Source: Macrostomum hystrix
Lineage: Eukaryota; Animalia; Platyhelminthes
DNA length: 64,000 nucleotides
Direction: 5' to 3'
NCBI GenBank assembly: GCA_950097015.1
Contig: CATNEN010000007.1
Coordinates: forward strand, 6,820,001 to 6,884,000
Each line of letters begins with the position of its first letter. The first letter of the stretch is position 1. The notes under the pieces are model-generated. The model saw only the letters and a list, made by a program, of their open reading frames with translations, made no database searches and had not been told where the DNA came from. A program made the position numbers and the translations under genes. Positions 9,763-24,700 of this stretch are shown piece by piece.

Positions 9763-12700
9763 TCAGATTGAGGCGGCATTCTTCTGATAAGTGTTCTGTA
9801 CTTTTTGTATTATCGGCCTAAAGAACCTGTTCTATAGGCCTTTCAGCTATTGAATGTGTTTTATTTCACGCAGCTAAATATCAAACCGCAAAAGTGTGAA
9901 GAATGCCACATATGGCACTCACCTTGCCCTCGAACTCAACGCTGGTGACACAGCAGGCGGTTCCGTCAATCATGACGTAGCGAATGTCCTCCAGCCGATG
10001 CCTGACCTGGTACTTGGCGACCGCGGCGTCATTGATGGCGATCTGAGCGAAGGGAGCGGCGGGGTGACAGCGGGGTGACATCCGCGGGAAGAGCTCTAAT
10101 TATAGTGAAACAGTGACAAAAAATGTCGGGGGAGATAGGGTTGTACTTCTGTAGGTGTGACTGGCTTTCCCGCCTAAGCTGAAAAGTGGAAGGGGAATGA
10201 TGGAAGCGAGAGAGGGCTGGTGGGAAAGTGGACTAACATAAGTGACTCACAATGTACTCTGTGTCTGTGGCTTGCAGTGCCACAGTTTCCACGTCGCGAG
10301 CAAGTCGCTGATCGAACCGGCTCGTCTCCTCGTCCCGGGCGACGCCGCGGCTGTCGGCCCAGGCGAATGAGGCGAAGCCCTGCGCCAGGTTGACCTCGCA
10401 CACCAGCGGCTTGAGGCCGGAGTCAGCGGGTCCGCAGCACAGTGCCAGGCTCAGCCTGCGGAGAGCGCGAGGGTCGTAGGCTCTGCTGCTCAAAATCCTT
10501 GAGCCTCAACATCCGCAGGCAACAGAGAGAATTCAAGAGATAACAGTTGAGTCAGATTGACAAGGGAGAGATAAGAGATACGTCAAGGGAAAGTGCTGGA
10601 TGGGCTTCGAGCGGATATTCGGGAGCACTTATCAGGCAGACGACTTCCCGACCCGTGTTCAAAGGATAAAAATGTTGAGCTTACTGATACTCGTAACATT
10701 AACAATGAGATGGCCCGTGTTTCTGAAACCTGCCCCAATTGGGCCAGATGTGCAGCAGACAACACAGCCGCAGCTATTGCGCGGCGCATCTCAAGAATCG
10801 AACACTCGACCTTCAAGTTGTGAGTCCGACGCCCTAACCACTAAGCTACAACCACTACCCGTGTTGCTACTCAAATATTTGTGATTCCGCGGTTTCCGCT
10901 CTCCCCTCTCCCTCCAATTTCGAAATCGTAGATCCGCCTCTGCCAGGGCGACTCACGTGGCGGGCCGCTTCGGATCGGGCTCGGCTGTCAGCCTGACGGT
11001 GACAAAGCGGGAGTCGCGCAGGCTGACGGGGAACTGGTTGAAGTAGGGCAGGCCAATCTGCTCCGGGAAGCTGGCCTCGTAGAAGATAGCCCCTCCGGAC
11101 AGCACCAGGTGGGTGAGGCGGTGCGGGTCGATCTGGTGCGGCAGGCTGACGCCGCCTTCTGTGCCGCCCAGCTGCACCTCGAAGCCGTTGAGCTTATAGA
11201 CGATGCCAATGTCGAACTGCTGCATGGCAGCTAGCGCGGGTCGGGCCAGGGTCACTGGGCGGCTCTGGCGGCCGCCGACGCAGCTGCTCAGGCTGACGGG
11301 ATTTCCCGGCTGGCAGCGGAGGCTGAAGCCGACGTCCGAATCAGCCGGGTCGCGGCCGCAGGCAAGCGTCACCTCACAGGCGGCGTCTTCGTCTGGCAGG
11401 CGGCCAGAGACGCGGACGCTGCGGCCAACCTGGAAGCCAGGCGGCAGCTGGCTGACCTTGGGCGCGCGCTGAGTGCAAAGTGGAGTGGATGGTGACTCAT
11501 GTTGGGATAATTGACAGTGTTTGACTTCTATATCTTCCCACTAGGGGGTCGGTGGCAGAGCGGTTAACGCGTTTGCCTCTCTACAAGGCACAGTGAAGTG
11601 TACACTGCCTGACGATGAGAAAGTCAGGGCAGATGTACACACCTGTGTGAGCGTGTGCCTGCGTACAGTATCTGTGTGCGTGTGTGCTCAGGAGTCAGCG
11701 AAATGGGCAGAATTGCCTCCTCGCTGGCTACGGGTCTAGTGTCACTAAATGATGTGCCATTGCCTGCAGCCCTCCTGCAATTATTATTATTATTACTAGA
11801 TATATCTTCCCACAATCTAAATTCCACATCCAGCCCAGCTCTCTCTGTAATCTTCAGCTTCAGTCACGCCTATCCCAAGCCACATCCAGCCCAGCTCTCT
11901 CTGTAATCTTCAGCTTCAGTCACGCCTATCCCAAGCCACATCCAGCCCAGCTCTCTCTGTAATCTTCAGCTTCAGTCACGCCTATCCCAAGCCACATCCA
12001 ATTTCCCCCCTCTTCTTAATTTCGGCACCTTCTCGCGCCATGACACGTCCTTCAGCTGGAAGTTGCCATCGATGTAGAAGTCTGTGATGTACTGCTTCTT
12101 GTTGGGCAGCTCGTAGGAGAGCACCGGCTTGCCGTCCAGTTGAACCTGAGGAGGTTTTGGTGGTCGTTTGTGCACAATTCGCGTCTTTTTGCCTCCTTCG
12201 ATGGAGCAGTTCCATCGTAGTTTAGAACTGACATATTTTAGAATAAATTCATCTTCGCTCATGAATCATGAAGATGATGACGCTCCAATGGCATCATACG
12301 AGCCCTCACCTGCACACAGGTGTGGTCCAGCTTGAGCAGGATGCTAGTCAGACTGGCCAGGCGGGGCAGTCGCTCCACTTTTGTGTCACACACAAAGCCG
12401 CCAGTCTCTGGTGCGGTGCGACCCACCGAGATGGCCTCGGCGGGGACGTCGATGACGCAGAGCATCGCCGCGCCTCGATCGAAGCCGAAGCTGATCTTGC
12501 TGGTTGGCGGCGACTTCAGCATCTGCAACTTGACTGCGATGGAGCTGACCAGCTCGAGCGAGTGCGGAAACTCCTCGCTGTATGGCAGCTCCAGCTCCTC
12601 CGGGAATTCCACACCCTGGTACTCGGTGTGACCGTCTAGGATCAGGTGAGTGAAGTTCGAGAAGGGCACCCGGTGGGGATGCACGCAGACTGCGTCCTTG

Positions 12701-15700
12701 AAGCTCACCTGCCGATTAAAAAAACAAGAAAATATTATATGAGTGCCTTTCGGTGCTAGAAGTCTAAGAGCTTACATTGAAGCCACTGGAAGTAGTCTGT
12801 ATCTCCAGCCTGAAGCTGCCTCCGCTGAATTGGCCAGTGACCGCCCGCTCCTCAGCTGTCCACCGGTTACCGGTGAACTGGCTGCACGACAGCACGGTGC
12901 CTGATGCATCTGGCTGTACCGAGATTTGCACGCGGAACTCCTCCTCACGGCCGGAGGGGCTGTTCGCATTCTTCAGGGACACGGTTGTACTGCGGGGGCG
13001 CAGGGGCGCATTACTGTAAGCTGTTTAGTGCCATGCAGAATGTAGCTGCGTCGAGCAGACAACGCTTATAACGCTTACTTACCAGTTTGTTTGGTCGCTC
13101 ATTTTGCCATAGACAATGATTCGCCGGCCGCTGCGCAATGATTCTGGCAGGTGCGCCTTGAATGGTACCGGCTGGAAAGGCACGAAGAGTGATTTTGTAA
13201 TTCGAAATAAAGCAGCTCAGCTTTCAGTGGCACTGAACCAAAATGTCTGGCTCGCGTTATTGGCTAAAGGAATTAGCGCACGCCATGATTAGGTGATACA
13301 GCAAGCGGGACTAAGACTATTCTTCATTATTCAACCGAATAATCAGTCCGACCATGTTTATTCATTAGACGTGCAGTGATTCGCCGATATCTACTTAAGC
13401 ATGTTGTTTCGTTACCCGTTTCTGAGCAGCCTTCTCATTTTTAACGGTGCGCCGCGACCACGATTTCTCTTCGGCTGCGGTTGTCGGCTCCTCCAAGCAG
13501 GAGTCCTCCGAGGAGCTGCCTTCCTCGCCACTCGAAGACGAATTAGCCGATCGAGCGCGGAAGAACGATGACTGACTGTCGCGCTGGCTTAGCAGGTTTT
13601 CCTGAACGGCGCGGCGGAAGCTGGCCAGTTCTGGCTCGCGAAGCCTGTGGTCGCTGGCGACACTCTCCGTCTCCATCTGGTCGCCCTCCTCTGGCGGTGG
13701 CGCCAGGATGAATTCGCCACAGTCACGAGGCTCTTGCTTCTGCTTCTGAAGCTGCTGCTTTTGCTGCTTTTGTTGTTGATTTTGCTGCTGCTGCTGCGGC
13801 TGCCGCCTCGGCTCTTGTATTGCCAGCTTAGGCGAAGATGCGACAGAGGCGCTGTCGGAGGCAGTGGAAGAAGCGGCGGTAGAAGCCGCTCCGCCGGAAA
13901 CTGACAGGTCGGACGTTGGTAGCTTCGGCAGAGACCTGAATCTGGCTCCGGCCCCAACCAGTGCGAGTCGCGGCGTTGACATTGGCGTTGAGTCAGCCGA
14001 GTTGCCGAATGATTCCTCGGACATCCAGCTGGCCGGACGATAGGTGCCCTTCAAGACGCTGCGTCCGTCGTGCGCTGCCTCTGCCTGCTCAAGGCTGTAG
14101 CTCTTGCTCCGACGAAACAAGCGCCAGAAGCCGCCGCTGCGGCCGCCGCTTTTGATCTTCTTTTCTTTGTGCTTCTTAGAACTCTTCTCCTTCGTCTGCT
14201 TCTGGTCTGGCCTCTGGGCCTGTGCTGCGTTCCGGACGACAATCCCGCGAAGTTGCACCGAGTGCTAAGTTAATTTTCGTCCGAAAACATGGTGAGTCAG
14301 TATAGAGTTAAACCACTAAAGAATTAGACAGTTGACTAACAACGCTACAATGTTAGTGTTTTTGTTAACTTCGCGCTCTATGCGAATTAAGATGTGACAG
14401 TTTTAGCACCGCAAAAATGCAAACTCAGAAAGTTAATGGAAAGTAAATAATTTCCTTGCTAAAAACATACTGGTTGTTATTACCGAACACTATGTTTGGA
14501 AATTTTCTATTTAATAAAAATAATCAACTTCATTTCCTGAATTTAAAACTCAGTATGGAGTTTTCAAATCTTATCGCTCACCTCTTCGTCGTCTTGATCC
14601 ATCTTCTGTGGCTCTTTTTCATCTTCATTCGTTTCCACTTGGCGAGTATGCGGCTGCGACTCGAGCACGGCGGAGGCCTGCTGCATCACCATCACTTCTT
14701 CGACATCCTCGTCCACCTCAGATTCCACGCCTTCGCGAGTGGCGTCAACGAAGTCAACCGACGTTGCTTGTAGCTCATCATCGTTGGCAGAAATTTCCAG
14801 CGTCAGGTCTAAGTCATCATCTGCATGCTCAGCGTTGGCGTGAAGCTCACCTGTCAAGCTCACTGTTTCGGACTTTTCGGACGCTTCAATATCTAGCTCC
14901 TGCTGTCCCGAGAGCTCGACATCTAGCTCCTGCTGTCCCGAGAGCTCGACATCTAGCTCATGCTGTCCTGAGAGCTCGACATCTAGCTCATGCTGTCCTG
15001 AGAGCTCGACATCTAGCTCCTGCTGTCCTGAGAGCTCGACATCTAGCTCCTGCTGTCCCGACAGCTCGACATCTAGCTCCTTTTGTCCTGAGAGCTCGAC
15101 ATCTAGCTCCTGCTGTCCTGAGAGCTCGACATCTAGCTCATGCTGTCCTGAGAGCTCGACATCTAGCTCCTGCTGTCCTGAGAGCTCGACATCTAGCTCC
15201 TGCTGTCCCGACAGCTCGACATCTAGCTCCTTTTGTCCTGAGAGCTCGACATCTAGCTCCTGCTGTCCTGAGAGCTCGACATCTAGCTCCTGCTGTCCTG
15301 AGAGCTCGACATCTAGCTCCTGCTGTCCTGACAGCTCCACATCTAGCTCCTGCTGATCAGGGAGCTCGACATCTAGCTCCTTTTGTCCTGAGACATCCAC
15401 ATCTAGCTGTCTAGGAAGTTGAAAGTCTCCTGTGGTTGCTTTAATGTTGATGTCCACATCTGGGTGCGGGAATCGGACCTCGTTGACTTGCAACTCCAAA
15501 TCGTGTGATTCTAGAACAATCAGGAAAGGCAAATATGGAGTCAATTGACTTATGATGATAACTTTTTCTAAACACTGAAACACTTTTACAGTCTCGTTCC
15601 GAATTGCAGAAAAATAAAATGGATGTTTGTAACGTGCGCCCCTATGCCTGATATAAAGTGAAGCGGTACGTCATGCGGAAAGGTAATCGCTGATTATGAC

Positions 15701-18700
15701 TCTAGTTCTGAATTGCAAAACCCAAAACAAATACAATATTCTGACGCAATCATGTGCGATTCTAAACCACGATCCGATTAGGGTCCAACTATATCTACAA
15801 ATTTGTAGTAAAATATATCCTATTAATTCTAAAAGCTACAATAATTCTCTATCACATTAATCTAGAAAAGTATACTGTGCAAAAACTTTCCAGTAATCAG
15901 CTGAGAAGTGCAAAACTTACGCAAATCGTGGCTTCCACCGGTAATTTCCAAGCCAGCCTTGCCCACTGGCATCGACGGATTCAAATCAAGGCTCAAATTG
16001 ATGTCGGGCGCTTGCGCATCAATCACCACCATACCGCCAGCACCGATTCCAGTTTCCGACTTTGATCCTCTGTCTGGATCCTTGCCGTCCGAACCAGGAA
16101 TGGAAGACTTCCGACGAAAACTCGATCCCGACACGCCAGGCTCCTCGTGATTTCTCATATCGTATGAACCGCGATGACTACGATCGAATACAGACTCAAC
16201 TTTCCGCCCGATATTCGAAAAAGAATCTAACAGACCACGAATTGGAGATTTCGACCGCCTCAAAGAAGCACGATTAGACCCAGAAACTGAACCAGAGAGA
16301 CTACCATCAAGAGAAGATCCGTTACGATCAACATCAACAGATAATGATCCACGCAAATCCACATCCGAAACATCATTATCTACATTCATCGACATAGAAG
16401 GAATTTCAACTTCCACGTCTGGCTTCTTCAGTTTTAGATCGGCATCTAGGTCGACGTCGAGATGTGGAGCCTTCACGTCAATGTCAATGTCCGGCTTCTT
16501 CACGTCGATATCAACATGCGGAGCGTCGATGTCAATGTCCACGTCGGGGCCCTTGACTTTGGGACCCTTCAGTCCGAAGCTGGGCATCTTGAAGTGCGGT
16601 CCCTTGATCTTCGGACCCTTCACGTCAATGTCCACGTCTGGCTTCTTCAGTTTTAGATCGGCATCTAGGTCGACGTCGAGATGTGGAGCCTTCACGTCAA
16701 TGTCAATGTCCGGCTTCTTCACGTCGATATCAACATGCGGAGCGTCGATGTCAATGTCCACGTCGGGACCCTTGACTTTGGGACCCTTCAGTCCGAAGCT
16801 GGGCATCTTGAAGTGCGGTCCCTTGATCTTCGGACCCTTCACGTCAATGTCCACGTCTGGCTTCTTCAGTTTTAGATCGGCATCTAGGTCGACGTCGAGA
16901 TGTGGAGCCTTCACGTCGATATCAGCATGCGGAGCGTCGATGTCAATGTCCACGTCGGGACCCTTGACTTTGGGACCCTTCAGTCCGAAGCTGGGCATCT
17001 TGAAGTGCGGTCCCTTGATCTTCGGACCCTTCACGTCAATGTCCACGTCTGGCTTCTTCAGTTTTAGATCGGCATCTAGGTCGACGTCGAGATGTGGAGC
17101 CTTCACGTCGATATCAGCATGCGGAGCGTCGATGTCAATGTCCACGTCGGGACCCTTGACTTTGGGACCCTTCAGTCCGAAGCTGGGCATCTTGAAGTGC
17201 GGTCCCTTGATCTTCGGACCCTTCACGTCAATGTCCACGTCTGGCTTCTTCAGTTTTAGATCGGCATCTAGGTCGACGTCGAGATGTGGAGCCTTCACGT
17301 CAATGTCAATGTCCGGCTTCTTCACGTCGATATCAACATGCGGAGCGTCGATGTCAATGTCCACGTCGGGACCCTTGACTTTGGGACCCTTCAGTCCGAA
17401 GCTGGGCATCTTGAAGTGCGGTCCCTTGATCTTCGGACCCTTCACGTCAATGTCCACGTCTGGCTTCTTCAGTTTTAGATCGGCATCTAGGTCGACGTCG
17501 AGATGTGGAGCCTTCACGTCAATGTCAATGTCCGGCTTCTTCAAGTCGATATCAACATGCGGAGCGTCGATGTCAATGTCCACGTCGGGACCCTTGACTT
17601 TGGGACCCTTCAGTCCGAAGCTGGGCATCTTGAAGTGCGGTCCCTTGATCTTCGGACCCTTCACGTCAATGTCCACGTCTGGCTTCTTCAGTTTTAGATC
17701 GGCATCTAGGTCGACGTCGAGATGTGGAGCCTTCACGTCAATGTCAATGTCCGGCTTCTTCACGTCGATATCAACATGCGGAGCGTCGATGTCAATGTCC
17801 ACGTCGGGACCCTTGACTTTGGGACCCTTCAGTCCGAAGCTGGGCATCTTGAAGTGCGGTCCCTTGATCTTCGGACCCTTCACGTCAATGTCCACGTCTG
17901 GCTTCTTCAGTTTTAGATCGGCATCTAGGTCGACGTCGAGATGTGGAGCCTTCACGTCAATGTCAATGTCCGGCTTCTTCAAGTCGATATCAACATGCGG
18001 AGCGTCGATGTCAATGTCCACGTCGGGACCCTTGACTTTGGGACCCTTCAGTCCGAAGCTGGGCATCTTGAAGTGCGGTCCCTTGATCTTCGGACCCTTC
18101 ACGTCAATGTCCACGTCTGGCTTCTTCAGTTTTAGATCGGCATCTAGGTCGACGTCGAGATGTGGAGCCTTCACGTCAATGTCAATGTCCGGCTTCTTCA
18201 CGTCGATATCAACATGCGGAGCGTCGATGTCAATGTCCACGTCGGGACCCTTGACTTTGGGACCCTTCAGTCCGAAGCTGGGCATCTTGAAGTGCGGTCC
18301 CTTGATCTTCGGACCCTTCACGTCAATGTCCACGTCTGGCTTCTTCAGTTTTAGATCGGCATCTAGGTCGACGTCGAGATGTGGAGCCTTCACGTCAATG
18401 TCAATGTCCGGCTTCTTCACGTCGATATCAACATGCGGAGCGTCGATGTCAATGTCCACGTCGGGACCCTTGACTTTGGGACCCTTCAGTCCGAAGCTGG
18501 GCATCTTGAAGTGCGGTCCCTTGATCTTCGGACCCTTCACGTCAATGTCCACGTCTGGCTCCTTCAGTTTTAAATCGGCATCTAGGTCGACGTCGAGATG
18601 TGGAGCCTTCACGTCGATATCAGCATGCGGAGCGTCGATGTCAATGTCCACGTCGGGACCCTTGACTTTGGGACCCTTCAGTCCGAAGCTGGGCATCTTG

Positions 18701-21700
18701 AAGTGCGGTCCCTTGATCTTCGGACCCTTCACGTCAATGTCCACGTCTGGCTTCTTCAGTTTTAGATCGGCATCTAGGTCGACGTCGAGATGTGGAGCCT
18801 TCACGTCAATGTCAATGTCCGGCTTCTTCAAGTCGATATCAACATGCGGAGCGTCGATGTCAATGTCCACGTCGGGACCCTTGACTTTGGGACCCTTCAG
18901 TCCGAAGCTGGGCATCTTGAAGTGCGGTCCCTTGATCTTCGGACCCTTCACGTCAATGTCCACGTCTGGCTTCTTCAGTTTTAGATCGGCATCTAGGTCG
19001 ACGTCGAGATGTGGAGCCTTCACGTCAATGTCAATGTCCGGCTTCTTCACGTCGATATCAACATGCGGAGCGTCGATGTCAATGTCCACGTCGGGACCCT
19101 TGACTTTGGGACCCTTCAGTCCGAAGCTGGGCATCTTGAAGTGCGGTCCCTTGATCTTCGGACCCTTCACGTCAATGTCCACGTCTGGCTTCTTCAGTTT
19201 TAGATCGGCATCTAGGTCGACGTCGAGATGTGGAGCCTTCACGTCAATGTCAATGTCCGGCTTCTTCAAGTCGATATCAACATGCGGAGCGTCGATGTCA
19301 ATGTCCACGTCGGGACCCTTGACTTTGGGACCCTTCAGTCCGAAGCTGGGCATCTTGAAGTGCGGTCCCTTGATCTTCGGACCCTTCACGTCAATGTCCA
19401 CGTCTGGCTTCTTCAGTTTTAGATCGGCATCTAGGTCGACGTCGAGATGTGGAGCCTTCACGTCAATGTCAATGTCCGGCTTCTTCACGTCGATATCAAC
19501 ATGCGGAGCGTCGATGTCAATGTCCACGTCGGGACCCTTGACTTTGGGACCCTTCAGTCCGAAGCTGGGCATCTTGAAGTGCGGTCCCTTGATCTTCGGA
19601 CCCTTCACGTCAATGTCCACGTCTGGCTTCTTCAGTTTTAGATCGGCATCTAGGTCGACGTCGAGATGTGGAGCCTTCACGTCAATGTCAATGTCCGGCT
19701 TCTTCACGTCGATATCAACATGCGGAGCGTCGATGTCAATGTCCACGTCGGGACCCTTGACTTTGGGACCCTTCAGTCCGAAGCTGGGCATCTTGAAGTG
19801 CGGTCCCTTGATCTTCGGACCCTTCACGTCAATGTCCACGTCTGGCTCCTTCAGTTTTAAATCGGCATCTAGGTCGACGTCGAGATGTGGAGCCTTCACG
19901 TCGATATCAGCATGCGGAGCGTCGATGTCAATGTCCACGTCGGGACCCTTGACTTTGGGACCCTTCAGTCCGAAGCTGGGCATCTTGAAGTGCGGTCCCT
20001 TGATCTTCGGACCCTTCACGTCAATGTCCACGTCTGGCTTCTTCAGTTTTAGATCGGCATCTAGGTCGACGTCGAGATGTGGAGCCTTCACGTCAATGTC
20101 AATGTCCGGCTTCTTCACGTCGATATCAACATGCGGAGCGTCGATGTCAATGTCCACGTCGGGACCCTTGACTTTGGGACCCTTCAGTCCGAAGCTGGGC
20201 ATCTTGAAGTGCGGTCCCTTGATCTTCGGACCCTTCACGTCAATCTCCACGTCTGGCTTCTTCAGTTTTAGATCGGCATCTAGGTCGACGTCGAGATGTG
20301 GAGCCTTCACGTCAATGTCAATGTCCGGCTTCTTCACGTCGATATCAACATGCGGAGCGTCGATGTCAATGTCCACGTCGGGACCCTTGACTTTGGGACC
20401 CTTCAGTCCGAAGCTGGGCATCTTGAAGTGCGGTCCCTTGATCTTCGGACCCTTCACGTCAATGTCCACGTCTGGCTTCTTCAGTTTTAGATCGGCATCT
20501 AGGTCGACGTCGAGATGTGGAGCCTTCACGTCAATGTCAATGTCCGGCTTCTTCACGTCGATATCAACATGCGGAGCGTCGATGTCAATGTCCACGTCGG
20601 GACCCTTGACTTTGGGACCCTTCAGTCCGAAGCTGGGCATCTTGAAGTGCGGTCCCTTGATCTTCGGACCCTTCACGTCAATGTCCACGTCTGGCTTCTT
20701 CAGTTTTAGATCGGCATCTAGGTCGACGTCGAGATGTGGAGCCTTCACGTCGATATCAGCATGCGGAGCGTCGATGTCAATGTCCACGTCGGGACCCTTG
20801 ACTTTGGGACCCTTCAGTCCGAAGCTGGGCATCTTGAAGTGCGGTCCCTTGATCTTCGGACCCTTCACGTCAATGTCCACGTCTGGCTTCTTCAGTTTTA
20901 GATCGGCATCTAGGTCGACGTCGAGATGTGGAGCCTTCACGTCAATGTCAATGTCCGGCTTCTTCAAGTCGATATCAACATGCGGAGCGTCGATGTCAAT
21001 GTCCACGTCGGGACCCTTGACTTTGGGACCCTTCAGTCCGAAGCTGGGCATCTTGAAGTGCGGTCCCTTGATCTTCGGACCCTTCACGTCAATGTCCACG
21101 TCTGGCTTCTTCAGTTTTAGATCGGCATCTAGGTCGACGTCGAGATGTGGAGCCTTCACGTCAATGTCAATGTCCGGCTTCTTCACGTCGATATCAACAT
21201 GCGGAGCGTCGATGTCAATGTCCACGTCGGGACCCTTGACTTTGGGACCCTTCAGTCCGAAGCTGGGCATCTTGAAGTGCGGTCCCTTGATCTTCGGACC
21301 CTTCACGTCAATGTCCACGTCTGGCTTCTTCAGTTTTAGATCGGCATCTAGGTCGACGTCGAGATGTGGAGCCTTCACGTCAATGTCAATGTCCGGCTTC
21401 TTCACGTCGATATCAACATGCGGAGCGTCGATGTCAATGTCCACGTCGGGGCCCTTGACTTTGGGACCCTTCAGTCCAAAGCTGGGCATCTTGAAGTGCG
21501 GTCCCTTGATCTTCGGACCCTTCACGTCAATGTCCACGTCTGGCTTCTTCAGTTTTAGATCGGCATCTAGGTCGACGTCGAGATGTGGAGCCTTCACGTC
21601 AATGTCAATGTCCGGCTTCTTCACGTCGATATCAACATGCGGAGCGTCGATGTCAATGTCCACGTCGGGACCCTTGACTTTGGGACCCTTCAGTCCGAAG

Positions 21701-24700
21701 CTGGGCATCTTGAAGTGCGGTCCCTTGATCTTCGGACCCTTCACGTCAATGTCCACGTCTGGCTTCTTCAGTTTTAGATCGGCATCTAGGTCGACGTCGA
21801 GATGTGGAGCCTTCACGTCAATGTCAATGTCCGGCTTCTTCACGTCGATATCAACATGCGGAGCGTCGATGTCAATGTCCACGTCGGGACCCTTGACTTT
21901 GGGACCCTTCAGTCCGAAGCTGGGCATCTTGAAGTGCGGTCCCTTGATCTTCGGACCCTTCACGTCAATGTCCACGTCTGGCTTCTTCAGTTTTAGATCG
22001 GCATCTAGGTCGACGTCGAGATGTGGAGCCTTCACGTCAATGTCAATGTCCGGCTTCTTCACGTCGATATCAACATGCGGAGCGTCGATGTCAATGTCCA
22101 CGTCGGGACCCTTGACTTTGGGACCCTTCAGTCCGAAGCTGGGCATCTTGAAGTGCGGTCCCTTGATCTTCGGACCCTTCACGTCAATGTCCACGTCTGG
22201 CTTCTTCAGTTTTAGATCGGCATCTAGGTCGACGTCGAGATGTGGAGCCTTCACGTCAATGTCAATGTCCGGCTTCTTCACGTCGATATCAACATGCGGA
22301 GCGTCGATGTCAATGTCCACGTCGGGGCCCTTGACTTTGGGACCCTTCAGTCCAAAGCTGGGCATCTTGAAGTGCGGTCCCTTGATCTTCGGACCCTTCA
22401 CGTCAATGTCCACGTCTGGCTTCTTCAGTTTTAGATCGGCATCTAGGTCGACGTCGAGATGTGGAGCCTTCACGTCAATGTCAATGTCCGGCTTCTTCAA
22501 GTCGATATCAACATGCGGAGCGTCGATGTCAATGTCCACGTCGGGACCCTTGACTTTGGGACCCTTCAGTCCGAAGCTGGGCATCTTGAAGTGCGGTCCC
22601 TTGATCTTCGGACCCTTCACGTCAATGTCCACGTCTGGCTTCTTCAGTTTTAGATCGGCATCTAGGTCGACGTCGAGATGTGGAGCCTTCACGTCAATGT
22701 CAATGTCCGGCTTCTTCACGTCGATATCAACATGCGGAGCGTCGATGTCAATGTCCACGTCGGGACCCTTGACTTTGGGACCCTTCAGTCCGAAGCTGGG
22801 CATCTTGAAGTGCGGTCCCTTGATCTTCGGACCCTTCACGTCAATGTCCACGTCTGGCTTCTTCAGTTTTAGATCGGCATCTAGGTCGACGTCGAGATGT
22901 GGAGCCTTCACGTCAATGTCAATGTCCGGCTTCTTCAAGTCGATATCAACATGCGGAGCGTCGATGTCAATGTCCACGTCGGGACCCTTGACTTTGGGAC
23001 CCTTCAGTCCGAAGCTGGGCATCTTGAAGTGCGGTCCCTTGATCTTCGGACCCTTCACGTCAATGTCCACGTCTGGCTTCTTCAGTTTTAGATCGGCATC
23101 TAGGTCGACGTCGAGATGTGGAGCCTTCACGTCAATGTCAATGTCCGGCTTCTTCACGTCGATATCAACATGCGGAGCGTCGATGTCAATGTCCACGTCG
23201 GGGCCCTTGACTTTGGGACCCTTCAGTCCGAAGCTGGGCATCTTGAAGTGCGGTCCCTTGATCTTCGGACCCTTCACGTCAATGTCCACGTCTGGCTTCT
23301 TCAGTTTTAGATCGGCATCTAGGTCGACGTCGAGATGTGGAGCCTTCACGTCGATATCAGCATGCGGAGCGTCGATGTCAATGTCCACGTCGGGACCCTT
23401 GACTTTGGGACCCTTCAGTCCGAAGCTGGGCATCTTGAAGTGCGGTCCCTTGATCTTCGGACCCTTCACGTCAATGTCCACGTCTGGCTTCTTCAGTTTT
23501 AGATCGGCATCTAGGTCGACGTCGAGATGTGGAGCCTTCACGTCAATGTCAATGTCCGGCTTCTTCAAGTCGATATCAACATGCGGAGCGTCGATGTCAA
23601 TGTCCACGTCGGGACCCTTGACTTTGGGACCCTTCAGTCCGAAGCTGGGCATCTTGAAGTGCGGTCCCTTGATCTTCGGACCCTTCACGTCAATGTCCAC
23701 GTCTGGCTTCTTCAGTTTTAGATCGGCATCTAGGTCGACGTCGAGATGTGGAGCCTTCACGTCAATGTCAATGTCCGGCTTCTTCACGTCGATATCAACA
23801 TGCGGAGCGTCGATGTCAATGTCCACGTCGGGACCCTTGACTTTGGGACCCTTCAGTCCGAAGCTGGGCATCTTGAAGTGCGGTCCCTTGATCTTCGGAC
23901 CCTTCACGTCAATGTCCACGTCTGGCTTCTTCAGTTTTAGATCGGCATCTAGGTCGACGTCGAGATGTGGAGCCTTCACGTCAATGTCAATGTCCGGCTT
24001 CTTCACGTCGATATCAACATGCGGAGCGTCGATGTCAATGTCCACGTCGGGACCCTTGACTTTGGGACCCTTCAGTCCGAAGCTGGGCATCTTGAAGTGC
24101 GGTCCCTTGATCTTCGGACCCTTCACGTCAATGTCCACGTCTGGCTTCTTCAGTTTTAGATCGGCATCTAGGTCGACGTCGAGATGTGGAGCCTTCACGT
24201 CAATGTCAATGTCCGGCTTCTTCACGTCGATATCAACATGCGGAGCGTCGATGTCAATGTCCACGTCGGGACCCTTGACTTTGGGACCCTTCAGTCCGAA
24301 GCTGGGCATCTTGAAGTGCGGTCCCTTGATCTTCGGACCCTTCACGTCAATGTCCACGTCTGGCTTCTTCAGTTTTAGATCGGCATCTAGGTCGACGTCG
24401 AGATGTGGAGCCTTCACGTCAATGTCAATGTCCGGCTTCTTCACGTCGATATCAACATGCGGAGCGTCGATGTCAATGTCCACGTCGGGGACCCTTGACT
24501 TTGGGACCCTTCAGTCCGAAGCTGGGCATCTTGAAGTGCGGTCCCTTGATCTTCGGACCCTTCACGTCAATGTCCACGTCTGGCTTCTTCAGTTTTAGAT
24601 CGGCATCTAGGTCGACGTCGAGATGTGGAGCCTTCACGTCAATGTCAATGTCCGGCTTCTTCACGTCGATATCAACATGCGGAGCGTCGATGTCAATGTC

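Noticed and set aside
9486-9779. 97-aa minus-strand ORF as last exon of the giant gene
   Set aside because: The phase-0 junction into 9783 reads KNAASI-stop in a different frame, so this ORF falls in the presumed 3' UTR.
10785-10855. Possible tRNA gene on the minus strand
   Set aside because: The acceptor stem does not pair properly and the sequence runs into a non-tRNA body, so it is better explained as a SINE head.
11608-11626. Hammerhead-like CTGACGA...GAAA...GTC in the SINE hairpin
   Set aside because: No room for stems II and III; the bases pair as a simple hairpin instead.
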